From an uncultured virus (IMG/VR IMGVR_UViG_3300024303_000041) (lineage: Duplodnaviria > Heunggongvirae > Uroviricota > Caudoviricetes), in the IMG/VR virus record IMGVR_UViG_3300024303_000041: 64,000 nt of DNA; one strand, given 5' to 3'. Positions within the stretch are counted from its first letter, which is position 1; every line of letters starts with the position of its first letter. Positions 30,463 to 41,900 of this stretch are shown piece by piece. Under the pieces are notes generated by a model. That model was not told where the DNA came from and searched no databases. It worked only from the letters and a program-made list of their open reading frames with translations. The translations under genes were made by a program, and so were the position numbers.

Positions 30463-32800
30463 TATGTACGATGATTATCAATTAAGAAAAGAAGTGGATA
30501 GGTTTAAGAATATTGTAGATAGTATTCAGACTATTCTTGAAACAGAATATGGTGTTACTGAGGAGATTGATATTAAAAGTTTGTTAAGTCAGTTTTATGA
30601 TAAGGCGGATATTGATGAGTTGGTTAAACCATATTTTAAAAAAGAAGATGTTGATGCTCGGTTAATAGAAAATTATAATGAGTTACTGGGTACTGTTGAA
30701 AATTATTATACTTACTCTGATGATAGTTACACACTATTCCGTGGTGATTGTTGGACTATAAATAATAATTTTGAAGCTAGCGCAGCGATTGTTAGTGAAA
30801 CTACTTCGGATTTTACTGTTGTTGGAACATTCCGTACTGAAAAAGATTTAGTGGGGGTTTATTGGAACTCTAAAGATTTGATTTCACATGATTATATTTC
30901 GTATGGTTCTAAATATGATTATACTGGTGTTGTTCTTGATTTTGATTATGAAATGAATGGTTGTATGGATTTTGCAAGTGGAACTGTGAGTATTACAATT
31001 CGTACTAATTCTAACCAAACATTTTATTTAACTATGAGTAGATTTATTGAAAACAATCATGTGCATATTGATTTTAATAATTTAACACTACTTGCGGGGA
31101 ATACATATATTGATAGTGATGGAACTCCCGTTGTTGTTGAAGAAGAAACTCCATTAGATGTAACTGATATTAGTTCTATAATGCTTGTTTTAGTTCCTAC
31201 TGTTTATGATGGTGATAACCAGTATGTGATTATGTCAAATGATTATTTTTATTGTGCTGTGTCTGATATTACAGTTATTAATGGTAAAATCTGTAATGAG
31301 CATGTTCCTTTACCATCTCACCAATATCGTCTTTGTGAGGGTTATGATGATTTTTATGATTTAAATCCGTTTAGAGTTGTTAAAGAAATGTGGAAGTTAG
31401 GTTATACTAACTGGGTTGATTTGTATATTGGTGCATCACATTTCTATGAAAAATCAGGTACTGTTGGGGATATTGTTGATGTTTCGGGTTTTAATCATAC
31501 ACGTACTGAAAAAATGGTTTTAGACCCGACTACTGCAATAAATAATGCTTTTGAAGCATGGTTAAATTGTTATTCAAAGACTTTGAAGGAGTATGGTGTT
31601 GATAATTTAATTATTAGTGTTTCTATGGAAAACTTACAATGCCCTACATCTTGGAGGCAGAAAACAAGTGATAATAAATATGCTGAAACAGAATGGGTTC
31701 CATCAACATTTTTTTACAGTCCATGTAACGATGATGCTGTTACATATATGCAAGTGGTGAGTCAAACATGTTTAGATATTGTTACTGCTAATGGATTGCA
31801 AGCAATACTTCAAATGGGTGAAGCTTGGTGGTGGTGGAACGAATGGTATCACCCTACTGATAGTGGTGGAAATCCTATTGATGTTGAACATTGGCAACCT
31901 CCATGTTTTTATGATGATGCTACTAACGCAAAATATCTTCAAGAGTTTGGTGCTGCTCTTCCAGTGTATGATTCTACCGCAGATACTTTTGATGAGGGAG
32001 TAATTGCTTGGTTAAATCAACAACTTGTAGCATACAGTGATTCGTTAAGGGAAATAGTTAAAAGCGATAGATATGCTGATGGAATATACATGGCTTTGTT
32101 CTTCCCACCATCTGTTTTAGACACTGAGAGAGTACCTTTAATGATGCAGAAAGTAAACTACATAACTGATGCTTATAATCCTTCAAAATTAGATATACTT
32201 CAATTAGAAGATTATGACTGGGTTACTGGTGAAAGTATACATCATAACGAAATATATCAAATAGGATTAGATTTAGGATTCACCTATGACCGATTACATT
32301 ACTACGGTGGATTTGTACAATATCCTAAAGATGCAGTTAAATACTGGAGGTTGATTAAAAATGCTATGAACACTGCTATTAAAACCGGATTTGGGGAAGT
32401 GTTTGTATGGGCAGGAACCCAAATAAGGCGGGATAATAAAATTATAGGACATGATGATTACGAATTGCTTCAAAAAATAATCAACTCATTGAAAGAAACA
32501 GCTACTCAAAATGTATGGAAGAAAATCGATTCCAACATTCCAGGTGCAATTATTCATGTGAATGAGTCGGCAAGATTAGTCATGTTTTATTATACTGTGG
32601 CTTCATTTGAATTTATTGATTCATCAACGTATTATACTGTTGGAACAATACCTAAGAAATATGCTCCTTCACTTCCAGTGTTGTTATCGTTTTCATCGAT
32701 ATATCAGTGGGGTGATGTGAGTAAAACGGGTCAGGTGAGAGTTGCAAGGAATCCTGCCGGAACTGTGAGAGTACGTGCAAGTGCTATGTGGCATTATTAG
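30416..32800 (+). CDS. Tail protein with glycoside-hydrolase-like TIM-barrel domain
   Basis: QMGEAWWWW and LQLEDYDWV motifs recalled from phage tail TIM-barrel proteins; fibre-like C-terminus (GTIPKKYAP). Confidence 0.55.
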   Translation: MQVQLMTKKFMSGINSMYDDYQLRKEVDRFKNIVDSIQTILETEYGVTEEIDIKSLLSQFYDKADIDELVKPYFKKEDVDARLIENYNELLGTVENYYTYSDDSYTLFRGDCWTINNNFEASAAIVSETTSDFTVVGTFRTEKDLVGVYWNSKDLISHDYISYGSKYDYTGVVLDFDYEMNGCMDFASGTVSITIRTNSNQTFYLTMSRFIENNHVHIDFNNLTLLAGNTYIDSDGTPVVVEEETPLDVTDISSIMLVLVPTVYDGDNQYVIMSNDYFYCAVSDITVINGKICNEHVPLPSHQYRLCEGYDDFYDLNPFRVVKEMWKLGYTNWVDLYIGASHFYEKSGTVGDIVDVSGFNHTRTEKMVLDPTTAINNAFEAWLNCYSKTLKEYGVDNLIISVSMENLQCPTSWRQKTSDNKYAETEWVPSTFFYSPCNDDAVTYMQVVSQTCLDIVTANGLQAILQMGEAWWWWNEWYHPTDSGGNPIDVEHWQPPCFYDDATNAKYLQEFGAALPVYDSTADTFDEGVIAWLNQQLVAYSDSLREIVKSDRYADGIYMALFFPPSVLDTERVPLMMQKVNYITDAYNPSKLDILQLEDYDWVTGESIHHNEIYQIGLDLGFTYDRLHYYGGFVQYPKDAVKYWRLIKNAMNTAIKTGFGEVFVWAGTQIRRDNKIIGHDDYELLQKIINSLKETATQNVWKKIDSNIPGAIIHVNESARLVMFYYTVASFEFIDSSTYYTVGTIPKKYAPSLPVLLSFSSIYQWGDVSKTGQVRVARNPAGTVRVRASAMWHY

Positions 32801-32814
32801 AGGTGAATTTTTTT

Positions 32815-32961
32815 ATGTGTGAAAATGATGGTTGTGATGGTTGTTGTTATCGTAATTTGCACAATGGTGATAAAAGTAAATGTAATTACTTGTCGAACAA
32901 CCGTTGCTTAATAAATGAGTATTCAGACAATTATATGTTTAAAGAAAGAAAAAGGAGATGA
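32815..32961 (+). CDS. Small Cys-rich protein (48 aa, not in ORF track)
   Basis: GAGGTG RBS; MCENDGCDGCCYRNLHNGDKSKCNYLSNNRC... Confidence 0.5.
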   Translation: MCENDGCDGCCYRNLHNGDKSKCNYLSNNRCLINEYSDNYMFKERKRR

Positions 32962-32967
32962 AAAATT

Positions 32968-33909
32968 ATGGCTACAAAATACTATACTTATAAAGAAATC
33001 GTTGCGAAAGCAAGGGAACTTAAAAAAGGTGTAGAAAAGGAAAAGAAATTAACAGTAAATCCTAAGTGGAGTTATTACTTTTCACAATCGATACTACACC
33101 CAAAAAAGAACATAACAAGGATAGGGTCATTTGACAAAGCACCAAAACCAATGGGGAACAAATTCAACAAAGTCAAAATATACAAAGCAGACTACACTAA
33201 ATGCGCAAAACAATTAATACAATTTGTTGAAAAAAACAAAAGATTAAGAAATTATTTAGATTTTGATTCTAAAAAAATAAGAGTAAGAGATTATGCTTAT
33301 AATTTTGCTAAAATCCTTGTTTATTATGATGACCATAAAGTCCTACCAGCATACAATACAATAGATACAGGAGTATGGAATAAAACAGTTCTTAAAAAAT
33401 ATGGGCATGCTACTAAACCTTGTGCAGACAATAGAGGACAAAATAACGGATATTTCTGCGGTTGTCATTCATTACAAGAAATATTTAGGAACTTAACCAA
33501 TATTGTTGTACCTCAGTCTACTATCGCTTCGTGGGCTGGAACTACTTCCGATGGAACAGATCATGATGGTTTGGAAACTGCGGTTGCTCAGTTTAATCGT
33601 AAGTATGGTAAGAACTTAAAGGTTAGGTGGTATAATTATTCTGAATTGGGTAGAAGTGGTGTTAAAAAGATTATTGCTTCTAATAATCAAGATTTACTTA
33701 TCCATTTGCTCTATCGCTTAATTTGGGGTCATTATGAGGTATTAAACAAGTGTTATAGTGATTATGTTGATGTTCAGAATAGTTTAGGTGATTATTGTGA
33801 TTATCCGAGTTACTATGGATATGTTGAAGAGAGATATTGGAGTACATTAGAATCATATATTGGTGGAATAAGTCAAAAAAGTGTGATGGTGGTTACAAAT
33901 GAAAGTTAA
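32968..33909 (+). CDS. Endolysin: pseudomurein endoisopeptidase (PeiR-like, C39-type) with pseudomurein-binding repeat(s)
   Basis: KIYKADYTKCAKQLIQFVEKNKRLRNY binding-repeat pattern; GQNNGYFCGCHSLQ...GTTSDGTD...GHYEV...QNS catalytic motifs. Confidence 0.85.
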   Translation: MATKYYTYKEIVAKARELKKGVEKEKKLTVNPKWSYYFSQSILHPKKNITRIGSFDKAPKPMGNKFNKVKIYKADYTKCAKQLIQFVEKNKRLRNYLDFDSKKIRVRDYAYNFAKILVYYDDHKVLPAYNTIDTGVWNKTVLKKYGHATKPCADNRGQNNGYFCGCHSLQEIFRNLTNIVVPQSTIASWAGTTSDGTDHDGLETAVAQFNRKYGKNLKVRWYNYSELGRSGVKKIIASNNQDLLIHLLYRLIWGHYEVLNKCYSDYVDVQNSLGDYCDYPSYYGYVEERYWSTLESYIGGISQKSVMVVTNES

Positions 33910-34063
33910 ACTCGAAACAATGCAAGAATTAGCTGATGAACTATACGAAGAATTTGGTTTAAACGATGAAGTATTGGATTTACAATTAAAAATCAATGCT
34001 TTACGTCATGAACATAATATATCTGATGAAAAACAAAGAGTATATAAAAACTGGGTGCAATAA
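33899..34063 (+). CDS. Small helical protein (54 aa, not in ORF track)
   Basis: MKVKLETMQELADELYEEFGLNDEVLDLQLKINALRHE...; GGTGG RBS; coupled to neighbours. Confidence 0.55.
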   Translation: MKVKLETMQELADELYEEFGLNDEVLDLQLKINALRHEHNISDEKQRVYKNWVQ

Positions 34064-34251
34064 TGTCTGCTAAAGATACCTTAAACCGAATTAGATTATT
34101 AAATATTAAACGTGCGACTTTAAAACAAAAACAGAAACAATTAGAAATTTATGGGGATTACCCTGCTGATACTGATGTTGTTTTGAAGTTGGAACGGGAT
34201 ATTAAGAAATTAAAAAGAGAGATTAAACAACTTAGTAATGAGGTTAATTAA
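34063..34251 (+). CDS. Small coiled-coil protein
   Basis: TAATG coupling with the upstream ORF. Confidence 0.55.
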   Translation: MSAKDTLNRIRLLNIKRATLKQKQKQLEIYGDYPADTDVVLKLERDIKKLKREIKQLSNEVN

Positions 34252-34529
34252 TATAGGTATTATAACAAAATAAGTTATTGTAAAGGAACATTTTAGGTTG
34301 GCTATTCCTTTGCCAAAAAATAAGGGTTTTTAATGGAAAAGATAATTTTCTAGTGTATCTTTGACAAAAAAGGGAAAGAAAATGCAATTTTGACTATTCG
34401 GCGGTAGGAAAAAAAGCCCACGTTCATTTTTTTCCCACCGTTGTTTTTTCCTTCCTAATAAACATGTTTTTTGTTCTGACATAGTATTTCATTGTTTATT
34501 TAACTCCTATGATTTGTGGAAAAAAAATT

Positions 34530-34569
34530 AGGCACGCTCACCATTTTTGGTGGGCGTGCCTTTTTTTTT
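34530..34569. terminator. GC-rich hairpin with flanking A and T runs between convergent late and early blocks
   Basis: AGGCACGCTCACCA-TTTT-TGGTGGGCGTGCCT, A run upstream, T run downstream; second hairpin at ~34398-34443. Confidence 0.7.
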
Positions 34570-34613
34570 ATTTAAATTTTATCAAATACATCATATGCTA
34601 TTTTTTTAATATT

Positions 34614-35159
34614 CTATTCATAATTACACCTATTCAACATCTTATCATTTTCGTCCATAACATCTCGCTTAATCTGAAACTTCAACATACCATTCTCTTT
34701 AAAAAACAATATCTCATTCGGAAACAAACCTAACTGCCGAATAATATCAATCATATAAATTTCATAATCCATATCTAACTGTATACTAATCAAATCATCA
34801 TGAACTAAATTAACATGAACAGTATTAATATCTAAAATATCCTTTAAAAACTCCTCAAATTCAGTTTCACACTTAGTCTTATGCCAATACTTAACTATAT
34901 GTCTAGTTTGAATATTCATCATAAGATGATTATTCAAATAATCCTTTGAATTAATCCAATCATCTCTAGCCAATGGGTTAAACTCAAAAGTAGGCAATTC
35001 ACTATGACTATCAACTAATGTATGTGCTTCAACAAAACCACTACAATTCACTTCAGTAAATCCTTCAAAACGGTCAGTGAAATCAGGTAATCTGTGTTTT
35101 AAATAATTATAATCATTCACCATATTTTTTTCACCATAAAATTTTATTCTCATCAACAT
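34614..35159 (-). CDS. Hypothetical protein
   Basis: ORF in early operon. Confidence 0.6.
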   Translation of the reverse strand: MLMRIKFYGEKNMVNDYNYLKHRLPDFTDRFEGFTEVNCSGFVEAHTLVDSHSELPTFEFNPLARDDWINSKDYLNNHLMMNIQTRHIVKYWHKTKCETEFEEFLKDILDINTVHVNLVHDDLISIQLDMDYEIYMIDIIRQLGLFPNEILFFKENGMLKFQIKRDVMDENDKMLNRCNYE

Positions 35160-35583
35160 ACTTATTCACAAGTATATCAGTATTCTCACGAGTAACTTTC
35201 AACAAGTTACTAATGATCAAGGAGTATATCCGCCAATTGAGATTATACTCCTTCCATAATCTTGTTCTCTCTATACGGTATTGTGAGTTACGGGATTTGA
35301 AACAGTATAATATTATAACACTTATGATTAATTCTTCTTCGCAGTTATGACATAAGTCTTTTAATCGTATTGTTTTAACAATCTCGTGAACTTCTTCTTT
35401 TACCGTATCTTTATTTCTAACATTGTTTAATACTCCATCAACTACTCTTCTTTGTTGGTTATCATAATACTTATCATTTATATTCTTACGGGTAGCAGTG
35501 GATACACGTTCTCCTTTTGCAATGTTAGTTTCACTATATTTTTTTTTTAACTTCTCGATTCTCATGTACTGTTTAGTTTTCAT
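35131..35583 (-). CDS. Hypothetical protein, possible cyclin-fold (TFB-like) domain
   Basis: Helical LCHNCEEELIISVIILYCFK segment resembles TFB repeat spacing; weak. Confidence 0.3.
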   Translation of the reverse strand: MKTKQYMRIEKLKKKYSETNIAKGERVSTATRKNINDKYYDNQQRRVVDGVLNNVRNKDTVKEEVHEIVKTIRLKDLCHNCEEELIISVIILYCFKSRNSQYRIERTRLWKEYNLNWRIYSLIISNLLKVTRENTDILVNKYVDENKILW

Positions 35584-36271
35584 ATGGACGCCCCAGTTCT
35601 TCCAAAACTGCTCTTGCTGTTTTGTCGCCCACTAACTCCACAGTTATTAACTCTTTATAAGTTACATTCATTAAATCTTCATGAGTTTTTAGTTTTAATT
35701 TTTTCACAATGTTTTCTGCTTTTGCATCTAATCCAGTGATACTGGATAGGTAGTTTAAAGCACTGTTACTGCTTTTTTTACCCCATGAATATTTGAAAGG
35801 TTTATCTTGTATTATTTTACCTGCAAATCTCATCATTTCATCAAAAGCTTGATATTGTGTTTGACAGATTACAACGGTAGTAACTGTATTTAACTCAGCT
35901 ATTATTCCGTTGATTCTGCTTAAGTCTACATTGATTCCTCTAGTGTAGTATAATTCTTGTACTTGTCTTTCAAGGTTATAAGTGGTTACCATGACGCAAG
36001 TGTAATCGTATTCTTGTGTCATGTGCCAGACTTGATTATGTAAGTGGTTTGAGTCGATGGTACTGCTTAAGAAGTCAGTACCTGTTTTGTATTCAAAACA
36101 AACACTTTTGTCTTTGCCTTTGAATATGTAATCTCCAACTTTTAAGTGTTCTACTTTTGGGTTTAGTTTTTTGTATTGTTGCATTGCATAATCTGCTCTG
36201 GCTGTTTCCCTGTCATCTATGAGGACTTGTTTTATGGTGTCCTCATAGTTTTGGGTGTTGATTTTTTCCAT
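35573..36271 (-). CDS. ERCC4 (XPF/Mus81/Hef-type) nuclease with HhH motifs
   Basis: IDDRE, LKVGDYIF, FEYKTGTDFLSS, VELVGDKTA. Confidence 0.85.
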   Translation of the reverse strand: MEKINTQNYEDTIKQVLIDDRETARADYAMQQYKKLNPKVEHLKVGDYIFKGKDKSVCFEYKTGTDFLSSTIDSNHLHNQVWHMTQEYDYTCVMVTTYNLERQVQELYYTRGINVDLSRINGIIAELNTVTTVVICQTQYQAFDEMMRFAGKIIQDKPFKYSWGKKSSNSALNYLSSITGLDAKAENIVKKLKLKTHEDLMNVTYKELITVELVGDKTARAVLEELGRPYEN

Positions 36272-36276
36272 AGTTA

Positions 36277-37060
36277 TCAGTTTTCAATTGTTTCTTCAAT
36301 CAATATAATTAAATCTTCAGCTATTTTTTTATTCATTTCCTTGTCTTTATGCACATTTACTACTGCGACTATTCGATTATTCAAACGGTCATTAATACCT
36401 ATCCTAAATTCACCTTGTTTACCTACATCAATCGCTTCAAATCTATCAATCTTAATACTCATAAATTACAACCTCATTTATTATCTTCAAACCACCAAAC
36501 CAACTGTTTTAAACGTTGTATATTCTTATCATTCAACTTCACTTTACCATGCCCATCATTCTGAGCTTCCACCATATCAGTAATACCTAGCAACTCCCTA
36601 ATAATCCATTGCTTACCAAAATCTTTATCATCACGTTCGATTTTAGTTTTAATATTCTTTAAAAATAATTTTTTATCAATCCAATCGGGCATTATTATCA
36701 ACTTTTATTTTATTTGCTTTTTCAACTTCAGCCCAGCCATGAACTTCAACTTTTTTATGAATAGATTTACTAAACTTCTCAGCAGTTTGTTCAAGTTTTC
36801 TATCTCTATCTTTTTCATTTTTAGCATTGATAAGAGTATAAAAAACACCCATGTATAAAGCCATATTATTCACAATCCCCGTTACATTTGCAAGGTTTCA
36901 TGTCCTCTTCGATTGCAACAACAACTTCCTCACGAACTTCATATAATCTAGATAAACGATTATCAATTTCGGTTTTCTGATTAACTAACTCATCAATCTT
37001 ATAATCTAATATTGCTAATGTAGTATAATTATAACTATTCATATTCATCACCATCACCAC
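36277..37060 (-). CDS. Four small hypothetical genes (36277-36462, 36474-36701, 36676-36873, 36866-37060)
   Basis: Tightly packed or overlapping co-oriented ORFs. Confidence 0.6.
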
Positions 37061-37155
37061 TTATAAATATTCTACTAAACCACCAAATCAAAAATAATGT
37101 ACAAAGAACTACTTGTATCGCCCCACAGTATAATGCTATTTGTATTACTGTTTCT

Positions 37156-37491
37156 TCAGCACTCATCATCATAATACTCCGATAATATTTCGTATATAGG
37201 GTTTAGTGAACTAGGCACTATCTCAGGGAAATGATAATTACTTTCTTTAGCTATCATATCAATCACCCGCCTTTGCTTATCCACTTCTTGTTGTAACTTT
37301 AAATTTTCAGTGTTTTCTTTTATTAAATATTCACCACGCTTCTCAGCAACATCTTTCAATTGATTACACTCTTCCACATATTCCCGTAACAAACGGTAAA
37401 TATTACTCTTTTGAGAATTGAAAATCAGATAACCAATTACAATTCCCATAAAGAATATTGAAACGTAACTTAAAATTATTTCATATAACAT
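37156..37491 (-). CDS. N-terminally membrane-anchored coiled-coil protein
   Basis: Hydrophobic IILSYVSIFFMGIVIGYLIF followed by coiled coil. Confidence 0.6.
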   Translation of the reverse strand: MLYEIILSYVSIFFMGIVIGYLIFNSQKSNIYRLLREYVEECNQLKDVAEKRGEYLIKENTENLKLQQEVDKQRRVIDMIAKESNYHFPEIVPSSLNPIYEILSEYYDDEC

Positions 37492-37536
37492 ACTTTAATC
37501 CCAAAACTTTAATGATCAAACAAGTTAGTAAAGTTT

Positions 37537-39400
37537 TTAAGGTAACCACTCATCTATTTTTTTAACTATATTTTTAGTATCTATTTCAATTATGTCATCT
37601 AACGGTAAGTTTATTCTTTTATTGTGAATTGGAGGTAATGTATGTATATCTCCTTTGTATGTGGCACTTCTAACAACATGTTCACTATCACCGTCAAATG
37701 CTTCTAAACCATTTAAGGTTACTAATTCATGTCTTATATCTTCCAGTAATGATACTGGTATGTTAATCATAGGTATATTAACCTCGTTATCAGGTATTTG
37801 AATTAATTCTAATCTTAATTGATACCTTTTATCATCTGTTTTTGTTTCCCAACCCCATAATGGATTTTCCATAGGATACAAGTCTTTGTCATGTTGGTCT
37901 ATGTCCTCACTAATGTTTTTAGTAATTTTACTCATACTATAAAACATTGTGGATACTCTTTTTTGTTCTCTTCAAAATGTAACTTATACTCGTTATACTC
38001 AGTAATCCATTTTATAACTGAGGATACATCAACTGAAAATATAATATTCATTCACAATCACCTTAATACTCCAGTATTCCCACCAACCTCATCAGCCGGA
38101 GGACATCTCATTCGACTAACAAATTTCTTATCATGAGTATTATCCCATTCTTTTAACTCTTCATCAGTAGGAGCATATATTTCTAATTTTTTAGTAAACT
38201 CGATTTTTTTACCTTTTTTGGTAGTTATTGTAACTGTAATCTCATCGTCATCTAAATCTAATTCTTTTGTAATCCATTCTTTATTATAAGTGGGTTTTAC
38301 TGATATTTCTGATGAAATTGTTTTCCATATTTGGTTATTCATATCTTGTCGTAGTAATACTCTGACTAAATGTACTTGTATGTTATCTGTAATGAGATTA
38401 GAGTAGTATTGTTTATCGTATAGTTCAGTCATTTTTTAGCACCCATTCAACAAAATCATCAATTGGAATAACCATGCTCCAATCATCATACATTGTTGGA
38501 TATGCAAATTGGATACCTTCATTATTCAAAAATTCAGTTAAGTCATTCCAATCTTGCTTTAATATTTTAAGATAATCTTCCATTTCAGTATCATATTGAA
38601 GAGTTAATATTAACCAGTCATTATTTGCATCGATGCCAATATCCGCATAAGCTGGTAAGATATATTTTTCAAATACTGCTAATGCTCCACTAAAATCTCT
38701 TTTAAAATTAATATAATGTTTATATCCGTTTATCACATCATCTTTGAAAATTAACTTTGTTTTTTCCATCATTTTTATAATCTCCTCATAATGTTTTTAT
38801 GCTCACCTTCAAAAACCATACAATCACAATCACTCATCAAACAATCACGTCTGCGTTTTGACATGTACAAATTTGGATTCATACACAAAGGTAAATGATT
38901 ATGATATTGAAGATGAATACATTTCCACCAAAAATTCAATTTATCACCAGTTCTAACTCATCAGAAATATAATAATCAATACCACTGTCCTCAAATATTT
39001 GTATCATAATATCAAGTTCTTTTTTAAGCAAATCCCTTTCAGATACAATCTTATTAATCTTTTTACACAACTCCTTAACATTCTCTTGCATTTCCAACCA
39101 ATAATAATGATTATTACTAGTATCAAGTATTTCATACGGACAACCAGTAACCTTAAACTGAGGATTTTCCAATACTGGTTTACCAGTACCTAAACTATAT
39201 CTCTGATTATCATCTTCTAACTCATCAATGCGTAATTCTAATTCGTAAATTTTTTCAGAATATTCGTTTAGTTTATTTATCATTTCAAATACATTCAAAG
39301 CAGTTCCTTTTTTATTATCCCATACTGGATTTAATGTATTGAATTTTATATTTGATTTGTTTAATCTGTTCTCAAATCGCTTTCTATTCATTTTAACCAT
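37537..39400 (-). CDS. Hypothetical early genes (37537-37947, 38058-38432, 38425-38772, 38936-39400)
   Basis: Co-oriented ORFs with RBS; no recognised motifs. Confidence 0.6.
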
Positions 39401-39627
39401 TCTCCTCGCCTAATCAAACCACCACGTTTATCGTTTTCAAAACCTTCCTTTTTCAAACAAGACATAATATAATGTCCTGTTTGATTATGACGATTAACAC
39501 CAATTTCTTTAAAAATATCCCCGATTCTTAATTCAGTATTAAAGTATAATTCCCGAAACTCTTGATACTTTTTTTCCCTGTAATTCATTGTTTCTTCAGT
39601 GGTAAACTCTGTAACTTTAATAGTCAT
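39388..39627 (-). CDS. Small HTH-like DNA-binding protein
   Basis: FRELYFNTELRIGDIFKEIGV; resembles N-terminus of 42567-42947. Confidence 0.45.
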   Translation of the reverse strand: MTIKVTEFTTEETMNYREKKYQEFRELYFNTELRIGDIFKEIGVNRHNQTGHYIMSCLKKEGFENDKRGGLIRRGEWLK

Positions 39628-39948
39628 AAAGGTACAGCTCCTTTATTTTTAAGTATTTTATCAAGTTCTCGGTCAATAAAATCAATAAATTCTTTATCAG
39701 TTGATTCAACATTAATGTAATAATTATCAAATTTTTCTAATTGCCCCCTTTTTGTTATTTCGTATTTTGTACTCATTCTGAACTCTCCTTGTTAAGATTC
39801 TCTAGTTCATCTTCCAAAATATCATAAATTGCAGTATATAATTTATCAAAAGTTTCCTTATCCCTACAATCTAATTTAACCAAAGACATGAGTCTATCTT
39901 TATGATAATTTTTAAAATCTACTGTAAATCTTCCTATTCTAACATCAC

Positions 39949-41078
39949 TCATTTTTCCACCAAATCCTTAATACATTTATCATGTCTACTTACTTCAAAA
40001 GCCAATCCAGTATATTTACCCATCATATAATTACTACAGTAATCCTTTTCAGAATTGTAATACTCACATTCTTTATGAATATTACCTCCATTCTCCTCTT
40101 CATTCAAACATCGTTTAAGCATATCACTTGCATTTTCAAATGCACAATTCAAAGCATATAATGATTCTTGTAATTTTCTAATTTCTGTTGTACATTTAGT
40201 AAATTCTTCACTTGCTTTTTCCAAAATCAATAATGCCTTTTCTTTATCAGATAATTGTTTTTCAGTCATAGAAATAATCCTCCAATTGTTAATCCACTTA
40301 TGAATGCTATCATAGGAATCATATCATAACACCTTCACCGTTCATTAAATGTTCGTATTCTGAATCTAAATCAGGGCAATGTAATAAGATTATCTTCAAA
40401 TCACCGGATTGTATACCGTCTGTTTTTACATCATAAAAAGCACTAATATTCCCATTAAATGAAACAGCCAAACCCACGGGTAAGTCTGAAGGATATTGTT
40501 TTAGTTTATCTTGCAGTTCTTTATTTGTTATCATTTTTTCACTGTTAAAAAAATAAAAGGGAGGGATTTTATATCCCGTTGAATTTTATTAGTTCTATTT
40601 TCATGTCTATTAATCTTGTTAAGTAACTAATCTTACGATTGTCATCAGCATTACGGAGTTCTAATTCCTTTTTTTCATCAAGTAAATCAGATAATTGTTC
40701 ATCAACATACTGCTTACGGGTTTTTTCATTATTCCCTCCGTATAATGCTTTGAAATCAACTTTGATTTCCCTTGCCTCTTCCAGTATTCTAACTGATTCT
40801 AATTGATATGTTTCTTTAATTTCAACAAGTCTGCGACCATTTTTATTCAATCTTTTAATAACATTATCCCATTCTTTAAAATCCTCACTTAAATCAACAG
40901 TAATGTCTTTTTCAAGTTCATGAAAATGTTCGGTTAAATAATTCACAAACTCAGTTAATCCTTCAACATCACTATCGAATCTTGCTTCAAGTTTACCAAG
41001 AGTAACGGTGAATCCTGTTAGGTTGTTTTTTTCATCTAAGATAAAAGCAACATCAGTCATTTTATTCCACCTTCTCAT
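39949..41078 (-). CDS. Hypothetical genes (39949-40269, 40319-40534, 40569-41078)
   Basis: Co-oriented ORFs; 40319 has the common phage TxxELxxKLxxYP start. Confidence 0.6.
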
Positions 41079-41289
41079 AAGTCATTTCAAATACATCTGG
41101 TTTGCAAGGATATAATTCCCCTTTCACACCTTTGATTATCCAATCTCCTTTGTCTGCTTTCATTACACCTTCCAAAGTTTCAATATAAACTTCTTCATCT
41201 GTTTGATATGCTTCTATCTCAACAGGTATTTTCATAAACTTTTCAAATTTACTTTCCTCAATTTTACCTATAATGTTTCTTTCAGCCAT
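41062..41289 (-). CDS. Conserved phage protein (PGDYG-like)
   Basis: [37 protein letters not shown]. Confidence 0.75.
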   Translation of the reverse strand: MAERNIIGKIEESKFEKFMKIPVEIEAYQTDEEVYIETLEGVMKADKGDWIIKGVKGELYPCKPDVFEMTYEKVE

Positions 41290-41534
41290 TATTCCACCTT
41301 CTTATGTTCTAATAACTCTTTTCTATACTCTTCAAACTCACTCACACGTTCCTTAGAACGTTTAATATTATACTTCAACAAACTATCAATAGTCAAATAC
41401 TCTTTAACTGGCAGTACAGTTCTACAATTCTTTTCAAACTCATTAAGAGCATCTTCATATTCAGCAATATTTTTATGTAATGTTTTAATAGTAAAATCAA
41501 CACTTCTTAATATTTCTTCAAATTGATTAGGCAT
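41289..41534 (-). CDS. Hypothetical coiled-coil protein
   Basis: Coupled ORF. Confidence 0.55.
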   Translation of the reverse strand: MPNQFEEILRSVDFTIKTLHKNIAEYEDALNEFEKNCRTVLPVKEYLTIDSLLKYNIKRSKERVSEFEEYRKELLEHKKVE

Positions 41535-41536
41535 AA

Positions 41537-41899
41537 TTAATACCTCCTATTACCAAACCTTTTCAAAAACAAAGCAAAGGTATACGCATTCTCATTCCCT
41601 TTATACTCATCATGATACTTACGATGACACTTCTGACACAATGCTATACCATTACCATCATCAGTAGCCATCTTCGGATACTGAGCTAATGGGTTAATGT
41701 GATGAACTTCTAAATGACCGTTCTCACCAATTTCACCACAACACTGACAATTCATATCCCTTGCTTTAATACGTTTCTTCCACTTCTTACTATCATTTGT
41801 TAGTCTTAATTTTTGAACAGATTTACCAGTATCAACTGAAGGTTCGTTGAAATTAATAATCGCATCACCATTAATAGTAATACCAGTATCTTCATTCAT
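41537..41899 (-). CDS. HNH endonuclease
   Basis: RDMNCQCCG...LEVHHI...NGIALCQKCHRKYH. Confidence 0.9.
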   Translation of the reverse strand: MNEDTGITINGDAIINFNEPSVDTGKSVQKLRLTNDSKKWKKRIKARDMNCQCCGEIGENGHLEVHHINPLAQYPKMATDDGNGIALCQKCHRKYHDEYKGNENAYTFALFLKRFGNRRY

Positions 41900-41900
41900 T

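Noticed and set aside
37045..37062. ATCACCAC at ~37053 as another hairpin-loop motif copy
   Set aside because: It is the reverse complement of the GTGGTGATG RBS/start of gene 36866-37060 and has no stem
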